Shown piece after piece: positions 54,195-64,000 of a DNA stretch of 64,000 nucleotides. Source of the stretch: Lytechinus pictus. Taxonomy: Eukaryota. The translations under genes were made by a program, and so were the position numbers. The notes below the pieces were generated by a model, which was not told where the DNA came from, did not search any database, and saw only the letters and a list, made by a program, of their open reading frames with translations. Where the stretch lies: assembly GCF_037042905.1 (NCBI RefSeq), contig NC_087250.1, forward strand, positions 8,744,001 through 8,808,000, written 5' to 3'. How positions within the stretch are numbered: the first letter of the stretch is position 1; each line of letters opens with the position of its first letter.

Positions 54195-55698
54195 AGTCAA
54201 GTATAATAGTCATTCAGATATCGTGGAGGAGCACGAACGCGAATGGGATTTCTTCGTGCTACCATAGGAGGAGTTTAGTTTTGAGGATGGGGGTTCACCA
54301 TTTGTGGCAATAGCACATCATCGTAATCACCTGTTGCCACACAAGTGTCATGTCGACCTTTCAGGACTTTGAAGCATGATGAATTTTACGTTACGCGGTA
54401 TGAGCGACGAGATGCAACGATTTGCGAACCTTTTATCGCTTCGACCTTCAATGGTCTGGTATCAAAAGGAGTGGTGTATTTACCAATATGCCCATCACGC
54501 TTTACAAGGACATAATCACCAACTTTGATTTTTGATTCACTGATTCTCTGATGCTTTTCTGCGTTTGCTTTTTGCTTCTCCTTCATAGACTTTTCGCGAT
54601 TGCGAATTGGACCGTCGTTTTCCACTTGCGATTGCGGTTCAGGTAGGCGAGTGCGGATTGGACGCTGGAACATGACCGTTGCTGATGGTATGCCAGATGT
54701 GCTATGTGGAGTAGCTCTTGTTTGGAGATAGTGTTGAATGTTTCTTTGCTCATAATATTCACTGAAGCACCGGTGTCGATGACGACAGATGTCATGACAT
54801 TGTTGATGAGCACTGATAATCTGAGCAATTGATTACTCTCGTCAGATGAGCCAAGAGCAAACAGATAGTCCTCAGAGGTTGAATCTTGAGCTAATTGTGG
54901 TTGTGACGATGGTTGTTGGGACATTTGATCCATGACATTAACTTCCCCTTGTTTGAGCTTACTTCGGCACATTTTGGCAAAGTGATTTGGTTTCTTGCAG
55001 AATGAACACGTTTTTCCTTGTGCCGGGCATTGATCACTATGAGGATACTTGTCACCACAGTTGCGACAGCCTTTAGACTTCGATTGAAGATGATATACCT
55101 TTAGGTTTCCGATTCGGTTTATGTCTGTTAACGTAGTGCACATCAGAGGTTGTTGCCGCACTTTTCGAGATTTCGCTGGCATGTGCAGTAGCTGCTTCAG
55201 CAGCCCTGACGGTTGTAACTGCTTGTTCTTATGTCAATTTTGCTTCGCGAAGAAGTCGCTGATGAATGTTGGAATTTCGCATTCCTAGGATTATTCTGTC
55301 TCTGATGAGAGATTCTGTCAGAGATTCAAACTCACATGTTTCAGCTAACAATTTGAGGGATGTGACAAAGCTCTCAAACGATTCGCCCTCTCTCTGAACT
55401 CTAGTGTTGAAAATATAACGTTCATAAGTGGTATTGGCATGCCCTTTGCAATGTTCATCAAATTTATTGATTACCTTTTTAAACACCTTGGAGTCAGCTG
55501 CCGTGTCCCAGGTGAAGGTGTTATAGAGGTCTACCACCGGCTGCCCGATTACGGCCAGTAGAGTGGCTACCCGCGGCTCGCTATCCCCGTCGCCAGCTCA
55601 AACTTGCCGAATGCCTGTTTGAACTTCTTGAAGCTTGTTGCCAGATTTGTCGAGTCAATCTCCAGAGGGAGAGGCGGTGGAATGGTGAAGGTTGCCAT
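54195..55698 (-). pseudogene. Gypsy gag-protease fused by deletion to the integrase C-terminus
   Basis: ATG at 55698; YERYIFNTRVQREGESF..LIRDRII; CSFCKKPNHFAKMC knuckle; DTGAS protease; then RATPHSTSG..PIRTRLP; no RT or RNase H. Confidence 0.9.
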
Positions 55699-55876
55699 TT
55701 TCTCTCGTCGCCAAATCTAAAGTAGTCAACAGGACAAACAGTTAATAGGCCTAAGGCATCATTCATAATGTTCACAGCAATACTTTATTCATAACATAAT
55801 TAACTCTGACATGTTCGGTAAGGTAATCCCGTTCAAAACTATGGAATGCCAAGTGTGTACGTGCTAGGACACTACA

Positions 55877-57727
55877 GACGCTCGCCTGTGAAACCCAAGG
55901 AAAAACCAAACCTAAAACCAGAAATCAGAAAAGTCGCATTCCGCTGATTAGGGTGCCGGCGAAGAAATGGGAGCATGCTGCCAAGTTTAATTGGAGTTGG
56001 AGCCAGGCTTCTGTTTACCGGAGTTGCAGGCGTGTGAGTTATGCGCTGTTGAGCATTTTCCGCACCGGTAAGCATAACGGCAGGCGGAGCGTTGACATGA
56101 CCCAGCGTTAAAGGCAAAACAGACGGGTGAGGAGCGGGAGGGGGCAGGCGCGGTGCCAGGGGCCCGAATTGCCCCCTGTCTATTGAAATATCGTGTGGAT
56201 GGGACACTACCCCGCCGAAACGACCGGTCGTATGGCCGAAAGGGCTGGTTACCCCCAAAGGACGAAAACGCTGCTCGGCCGGGCATCGAGGCTACTGTAA
56301 GCCATAGCTCAGTGTCTATGACAGCCCAGGAACGATGTGGGTGTCGGGCCTGACGTAATCGAAATTGAATGTCATATGCACGCCAATTGAACCCCCCAAA
56401 ACGCACTATAGAGCGAACGATATCCATATACTTGTGGAGCTCGCGCGCATGCATACAGTGTCGCTCCAAGTATATGGACGCGTAAATAAGGAAAGCCGAG
56501 GTCCACTGCTCTATGCTAGCGATCACTGGAGCCTTGCTTTGGGGGCGAAGCATTAAAGTGACCCGGTGGCACAAAGGCTGAAGGCCTGCAACAGGGAATT
56601 TTCCTCACTTAAGCTTTCCCTCTTTAGCAATCCTCCTAACTCTACAAACTCACCCTTCTAAATCTTCTCCTTAACACTAGAAGGCACCTCCCACCCAAAA
56701 CATCACACACGCAGCTAAGCATATCTGGCTGCTTAGGAAAAGGAGGGTCGAGGGCTGGTGTATTACTATTAAGCTCCTCAACCACAGGGGCAGAATGGAT
56801 AGAAGGGGGGGGGCTTGAGATTGAATTTGGGGAATGACCGGATCTTGTGGAGGAGTCACAAGAGGCCAGGAAACCCCCATTGTCCCGAACTCATCACCGT
56901 TGGTCGCCGACGCCGAACTTCCAGCAGATGGGCTTTGCGTAGAACTAAAAACTTGACTGACGTCTGTCTCGAGGTCGACAGGAGAAGGCTGGCTGGCAGC
57001 ATCTCGGACCGAACGACGAGTAGATTTCCTCTGATTTGATTTTTTGCTAGGCTTAACCTTAGGCATGATTGGAATAATGCAGGGGTGGTGATGAAATTGA
57101 AAAGTCTTGAAGGCAAACTGTGACTCCTAACAACTGAAAAGTCCAACAAACGGATAACACAGATATGCAGATATGTTTCCAGATAAGGAAAATAAATTTT
57201 TCAACTGCAAAGCGTTCTTTAAGAGCTATATGAATGGGTTAAAACGATAACCAAAAAGATCACAAAACAGAGAAAGCCTCTATATTTCACTGACACAGAG
57301 CCGGTTACAAGAAACTTTTGATACAGGAAAAAATACAGGAAGTATGTTGCACAAAACAGGAGAATTGAGATGAAAGATGCTCTTCAATCGACTCCAAGAA
57401 GAAGAATGCTAACTTAATAGAATTTAGATTTCGCCCCCTCCCGAAATTACCACGTCAGCTAACGCGACATAGCATTTTTTAGCTACGCCTCCTTGTGATG
57501 TCCGAAAATACAAAATTCGCAACGCAACATTTTTTAGGCCACGCCTCCTCGTGAAGTCCGAACAAATACCATATTTGGCATCGCAACATATCACCGCCAC
57601 GGCAAAGGAATTCGCCTGACCAGGCCCCCTCCTTGTAAAACACCTGTTACGTACCGCTGGCGGGATATGTTGTTGTGCAGCTAGTCTGACCTGAGATAAC
57701 CTCTCATTAACTCGCTTTGCACGTTAA
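55877..57727 (-). mobile_element. DIRS-group (tyrosine-recombinase) retrotransposon, 5' part: gag and RT start
   Basis: IEQWTSAFLIYASIY..WRAYDIQFRLR..WAVIDTELW, Cys/His finger, TPIK..LISGFRFGFSLGF; frame resumes past the Gypsy at 34915-34875 (RSVSSRNLKSAREH). Confidence 0.85.
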
Positions 57728-58164
57728 GAGGTATTACAATCATATCCAGGGACAATTTTGGCATCGACATTGGTATGGAAAGCCTGAAAATGACTGAAAC
57801 TGTGTTGGGGTCAGCTCTGAGTACAGCGCATTGACCTATGAAAAAAATATAAATGCACACACTTTACAAATAAGTATCACCGAAGAACATATCCGCATCA
57901 CATTACAAAGAAACTGAAGCTATACTAAGCTGAATGGGGGGGGGGGGGGGGGGTCACCGTATGCAACCTGTCAAAAGATAAATTAATGAGGAGCATGTTT
58001 TCTGGATTTTAGTGATATTTTCATAACTACGCATAGATCATCAAAACAGTAGTGGGGCAAGGCCATTGACAACAGATATTCATAAAATGAAATGGAATAT
58101 TAGCAATTAAGTAGATAAAAATCTTTATATATCCAACTATTATGAAAATGATTATCAAACTGCC

Positions 58165-59420
58165 TATTGCATACTTTAAGAAAGTTGTACAGACACCTCT
58201 CTCTCTCTGTTAATCTGATTTGAAAGCCTATAACTTGACATGCCGCCTTCAATGACACATGCGCTTCCACCTGCATGTAGTGGATGAATGTCATTGCATA
58301 CTTAGAGAAAGTTGTACAGACACCTCTCTCTCTGTTAATCTGATCTGAAAGCCTATAACTTGACATGCCGCCTTCAATGACACATGTGCTTCCACCTGCA
58401 TGTAGTGGATGAATGTCATTGCATACTTTAAGAAAGTTGTACAGACACCTCTCTCTCTGTTAATCTGATTTGAAAGCCTATAACTTGACATGCCGCCTTC
58501 AATGACACATGCGCTTCCACCTGCATGTAGTGGATGAATGTCATTGCATACTTTAAGAAAGTTGTACAGACACCTCTCTCTCTGTTAATCTGATTTGAAA
58601 GCCTATAATTTGACATGCCGCCTTCAATGACACATGTGCTTCCACCTGCATGTAGTGGATGAATGTCATTGCATACTTTAAGAAAGTTGTACAGACACCT
58701 CTCTCTCTGTTAATCTGATTTGAAAGCCTATAACTTGACATGCCGCCTTCAATGACACATGCGCTTCCACCTGCATGTAGTGGATGAATGTCATTGCATA
58801 CTTTAAGAAAGTTGTACAGACACCTCTCTCTCTGTTAATCTGATTTGAAAGCCTATAACTTGACATGCCACCTTCAATGACACATGCGCTTCCACCTGCA
58901 TGTAGTGGATGAATGTCATTGCATACTTTAAGAAAGTTGTACAGACACCTCTCTCTCTGTTAATCTGATTTGAAAGCCTATAACTTGACATGCCACCTTC
59001 AATGACACATGCGCTTCCACCTGTATGTAGTGGATGAATGTCATTGCATACTTTAAGAAAGTTGTACAGACACCTCTCTCTCTGTTAATCTGATTTGAAA
59101 GCCTATAACTTGACATGCCGCCTTCAATGACACATGCGCTTCCACCTGTATGTAGTGGATGAATGTCATTGCATACTTTAAGAAAGTTGTACAGACACCT
59201 CTCTCTCTGATAATCTGTTTTGAAAGCCTTTAACTTGACATGCCGCCTTCAATGACACATGCGCTTCCACCTGTATGTAGTGGATGAATGTCATTGCATA
59301 CTTTAAGAAAGTTGTACAGACACCTCTCTCTCTGTTAATCTGATTTGAAAGCCTATACTTGACATGCCGCCTTCAGTGACACATGCGCTTCCACCTGCAT
59401 GTAGTGGATGAATGTCATTA
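58165..59420. repeat. 125-bp tandem repeat, ~10 copies, derived from the KDZ CxC exon end
   Basis: ORF starts spaced by 125 bp; unit encodes MTFIHYMQVEAHVSLKAACQVIGFQIRLTERE. Confidence 0.95.
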
Positions 59421-59729
59421 GCTCCATGGGAACAACCTTTCTTGGTTTTAGTTGAGTGGGCCTTAGGGAATAACGAACCAGGGTGGCTGCCTCTGGTTCA
59501 CATTTACAAAACGTGCACAACACATTATGAAGTCTTCCTGAAAATATATATACCAGTAGTGAAAAGAAAACTTTCGAAATGAGAGTACACAATCAGTCAG
59601 CAGATCCTCAAAAGATTGCTTCTTTCATCCAAGTGATTTTCATTACTAGAAGATTTTATCATTTTTGATGAGCTTGGTGCAGATGAAAACACCTCTTTTT
59701 ATTCAGCCATTGCTGCTCTAAACTGATAA

Positions 59730-59995
59730 ACAATGGCCTAGCGTCCTTTGGCAAGGTATTAATTCACAATTTGCCACTCTCCACCAAGGTTTTAAATGGG
59801 TACCCGGTGGGATGCGAAAACCTACCGTATGTAGTATGCCTAGCAATTGAGTCTTGGAACTCTTGTTGGAATGCTCCCCAGGAAGTGGAGACAGTGCATA
59901 CATTGAGTGTGGAAATGTCAGGATCCAAAGGACTGGGATAATAATTGCGATGTAAAGTACTTGTAACAAGCCCTATGTTACTATTATCATTTATT
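59730..59995 (+). mobile_element. SINE of a second family, 5'-truncated
   Basis: cctttggcaagg..cactctccaccaagg..aaatgggtacccgg core, atgctccccaggaagtggag, tgtaaag tail. Confidence 0.6.
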
Positions 59996-62900
59996 ATAAA
60001 TCGATTTATTGATTGAATAATTGACTGATAAAAATATAGCTTTTAAACATATTTTCACAAGGGGCTTTGAATACTCCATCCCACAGAAATTTTGTTATAC
60101 TCTCATATCTTTTGGTGAAAATAATGCCAAGACCGCTTCTTTCCTATAATTTCAAAAGGTTTTGTGCAAAGTTTTGTGGTGATTGATGACTTTTGGTCAT
60201 GGCATTGCCCTTATGTCGAGATTGACATCAGCTCCTTTTATACTGTGTAAATGTCACACATGAAACAGATAGCATTTCACGATATGCACATGTATGTATG
60301 GTAAATACCTTTAGAATCAAAGACTTCAAGGGTCTTTCCATAAGAAGTATGGCAGGTATGACTCTGTCTAAGAATTCTTGTTTCATCATCTACTAGTTGA
60401 CCCTGTGATCAAATTAAAAGAAAAAAAGGTTACGGGGTATTAGCTATGCCTTGTACTACTACTAGAAGACATCTCTTCCAAAACTATAGTTTAATCAGTA
60501 GAATATTATTAAATGTGATGTTTTGCCGGAAAAGTTTCCAGTATAGTGGCAACATTATTATCATGGAGAGGGTTTGTGTATTTGGTTGTCAATGTGTACA
60601 AAGCAAAGTTATTCATAAACAGAGGAACTGAATGAGGATATTCACTACTGACACTTGGAGTACAGTCTACGAGATTGAATCCATAACATAAAACACTACA
60701 AAAACTATTTGTGATGACATGGTCAAAATGTTACTTCTAAATATTTGAAGAATTACATATAGTGCAGATATAAAGTCTCTGGATGGAGGTCACAATTTTC
60801 ATGGGGTTACTTCAAAGTTGTGACATCAGCAATGAACTAAATCTAAATATGCTTGCCTATTAGAGGCACTTGATTATTTGGAAATTTTGGGGAAAATAAA
60901 TATGTAGTGAGTAGCGTAATTACCTATCTGGTACTTCTGCAACAATTTTCGCATCTTCCTCCAAATTCAAGAGTTGAACCTCTGACAATGTACATACAGT
61001 GTTTCTCTGTGGATGTCAGCAGCATAATCGGGCAAGAAATCAGGCTCTGAAATGGAGTGATGGCCAGATACTGTGGGTGGAATATCTTGCCCTTTCACTG
61101 AAGAAAAAAGAAACGATACATTCAAGAATCAAACAAAATAATATTTATGTAAAAACATGTTTTTTGTAATTTTTTTCTTATGGTGTAAATCACAATCAAA
61201 AGAACCAAGAGGGACTACTTTGCACAAATCGCTAGAAAAGTTGTGGAGATGTAACCTCTGGCGGGGGAGCAAGGTTTCTGTAGTAGTCTACTAGCTAATG
61301 TACACTGTATGTGCTGCATCCGCGGTGTTCTGCTTGGAATTACCCCTCAGGTGTAGGATAAGTACTCTCCCTTGGGTACCCTGACCAAGTAGTTGCAAAA
61401 ATAGCGCCTCCTGGTCACCACAGAAAAATTGAAACTGATTTTTTGCTCAGTCCTGCAACTAAGGGTTTCTGGATTTAGCGTAACCAATCGCTTGCACTGA
61501 GCCTTTGTATAAGAGCTGGCCTGTTTGGGGTATATCCCTACGGCCAACTTCCACCTCCCATCTTTGCGTATGGTGGGCTATGGGCCAGCACCCTGGAGAG
61601 GAATGTGGGGTCCATATAAAAGTGTGGGACACAAAAGTTCATGACCTCCTACCCCTCCCCCCCCCCCCCCCCCGCTCTACAGGGTGCTTCGGCACCACTC
61701 TCTTCCCCTTTTTCATATCTCATCTGCAACTTTTGGGGTGAAAGTGACTATCAAAGCCTTCTGGTTGAGATGGGGGCAGGGGCTGGAAGCAGGGGCATCC
61801 CTTGGCTAAAGTAATTAAGGAGATCCTTCCCTCTTCTCTTGGTGGGGAAAGTACTGGGTTGAATGAAGCCTCTACCCCTCGTAATTATCCTACCCCTACC
61901 CTTATCCTGGAGTGCCTTATTGTTTCTTATGGCTGGGGCAGGGCCAGGAACTTCTTGAGTTCCTTTTTGGAGTTTAGGAGAATCCCTTGACTCTGCCCTT
62001 GGTTGCCTTTTGACTCTATGCAAATTACATAACCATGTTCTTTTATTCGGGGTCCCGGGTGGTGGGTCAGACCCATCCTCGCCCTCAGTTCCTCGGGACC
62101 GCTCGTCAATGTAAGTGGCCCCCCGGGGGCGGGATGTCGTTGCCCAAAGTTGGCTTTCTATAGCAGTCTCTTCCTCCATTCAGGTTTTGGATGGGTTGGG
62201 CCGGACCCATCCTTGTCCTCAGTTCCTCAGACCAGTTGTTCCTCAGGAGGGGGGGGGGGTCGGGGTCGTTGCCCCAAGTTGGCTTTCTATAGGGGTCTGT
62301 ACCTCCACGGGGAGATCGATCAACTCCTCCCCGGCTTGGACTTGTATCTCTACCATCTGGAAAGAGAAAAGGAAACAGGTTACCCACAATTACAAAGTGG
62401 AAAGAAATATTTGTCAATATACATGCCTTCTGCATGAATAACACCAACACATGAAATCAATCATCAGGGTTTGACAGTAGCAGTATCTTTCCTTCCTTTA
62501 GTCAGGTCTTGAAGGCTCTGTCTTATCAAGGCACCTTTTACGTTGGTTGTGATTCACAGTCAGGGCCTATTTCCTATAAATCAACCCAATATACGTAAGG
62601 AGTATAATGTTTGACAATCTCCCTCCCTTTGTCTGTAAAAAAAATATTAAACTTTCTTCATACACAATAACCCTTATTATATGATAACATTATGTCCTGT
62701 CGTGCCCCACGTATTTCCTTTGGGGCCACATCACCAAGGGTACTAGATAAACTAAGATTTGGCCCCCCTATCGGAGAGTATGAGCTATTAAAAAAGTTAA
62801 ATTTACCGTTCAGTCCATTGACATTAAGACTGGTTAGTGCAGTCAGATGAAGAGGCTACTAAATGAAAAAGGGTCTAATTTCTCCTCGAAGTATGCAATC

Positions 62901-63608
62901 TCAATGAAAAGGCCAGAGTTTTTAAGTTTGTCTTTGCTCCAGCCAAGTCTGTAGAAGTCTACCTCAATTTCTTACTGCCCCATAGCATTTGCCATAGTGG
63001 TGTGAACTTTACCCTTGTATACACATATTTGTGATAGATTACTTATTAAAGAACAAGTCTGATTGGATCCTGGCCAGTGCTTTGGCCAAAATATGCATGC
63101 AACAGTGATGGTGATTGGCTGCTGCCACATAGCAATCGATTGCAACCCTATTGAAATATAGTAGTGGTCAACTAATAACTGTCATGTGCCTCCGTTTGGT
63201 TCAGTACTACTGGGTTTATCGAAAGAGTTTGATCTTTCTTTTTTAACAAATAAGAATGAAATAACTACAAAAAATGCTTACACTATGTTTTACTTCTAGG
63301 TATGTATTGTGCTTTTTTTTCAAAAAAGGCATTTGCTTGTTTCTTCAACAAGTGATTGAAAGAAAGAGAAGATATGTTACACTTTGAATTGATTCAAAAT
63401 TTACATTCATTAAAAAAGTGGGCTTCTGTGTGAAAGTTGTGTGCAATCATTAACTGTTATACATGGAGGTAAATGACTTGATGAATATTTGGTATGATAA
63501 GCTCTTATGAAGATGTATTGGTTACAAGAGATTTGCTCCTGCGACAATGCTCTGGGCTGTATTTTGTCTAAAGGGGTTGGGGTTGCAGTAAGGTTTTATG
63601 TTGAGTAT

Positions 63609-64000
63609 AGGGGGAATCCAGCCTTGGTTCACAAAATGTTGTGTTGGAAAGAAGAAAAATAAATAAAAAAGAATGATGAAAGTTTGAAAGAAATTGGATA
63701 AGCAATAAGAAAGTTATGGCTGTTTTAAAATCGGAGATCCGTAATTCTATGTAGATTTCAAATTGGCAACTGAGTAAGAAAATTATGACAAGGGGCAAGG
63801 ACAACTTTCTCATAGGCCATGTACTTAATTATCAGGGATTTGTGGTTTTCTCCTAAGTACCCTTTCGCCTGGGGCAGTAATCTAAATATGACCCAGGTAG
63901 TGCTATTGTTTTATGTCCTCATGAAAGAAAATTACAATTTTAAGTAAGACTTTTTAAAATAATGACATTTTAGCAATTTCATGTATTAGAGTACATGGAA
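63609..64000. mobile_element. Second copy of the 11609 Kolobok-type element, cut by the window end
   Basis: ggggaatccagccttgg..ttatgacaaggggcaaggacaacttt; lacks the inserts of copy 1. Confidence 0.85.

Larger units (their letters stand above)
34921..55876 (-). mobile_element. Gypsy LTR retrotransposon, internally deleted and inflated by nested insertions
   Basis: 5' LTR 55716-55876 and 3' LTR 34921-35362 (TG..CA; GA in the 5' copy); PBS TGGCGACGAG 55704-55713; PPT 35364-35376; 5-bp TSD gacgc/gatgc. Confidence 0.9.
33026..60402 (-). pseudogene. Intron-containing KDZ (Kyakuja-type) transposase with N-terminal CxC domain, disrupted
   Basis: Collinear AG/GT-bounded exons: 60402-60309, 59537-~59325 (CTFCKCEPEAATLVRY..QVEAHVSLKAAC), 57835-57728 plus 34873-34853 (..GYDCNTS/SCPACPK), 34161-33991 (CIDGCFGLVRR), 33160-33026 (CSQFK..GVFGAVCRNGFP..GER). 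Confidence 0.8.

Overview
Eukaryotic, AT-rich DNA with introns. The SINE and MITE repertoire suggests an echinoid (sea urchin), which is an inference. No ordinary host gene is recognisable. The window is a dense stack of mostly dead transposons: Gypsy, DIRS, LINE ORF1 pieces (one a 2A-peptide/PHD ORF), Harbinger, Kolobok, KDZ (Kyakuja-Dileera-Zisupton), a Helentron-type HINE, Sola2/Kolobok/piggyBac/hAT-like MITEs and tRNA-SINEs. Several young satellites are also present. Main observations: (1) an intron-containing KDZ/CxC transposase gene on the minus strand can be rebuilt across 33026-60402. It is split by an inferred nest about 7 levels deep (KDZ > DIRS > Gypsy with LTRs/PBS/PPT/TSD > SINE > 17-kb BEN-gene element > Sola2-like > Kolobok MITE). 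(2) An 8-exon, phase-consistent gene for a coiled-coil/BEN-domain protein (~401 aa, one internal stop) is followed directly by an antisense copy of its own BEN exon. (3) A ~450-bp element has a 13-bp TSD, terminal direct repeats and a central tRNA-Ala-like sequence. (4) Almost all coding TE fragments lie on the minus strand, suggesting a uni-strand piRNA-cluster-like locus. All family assignments come from motif recognition by eye; no searches were run.
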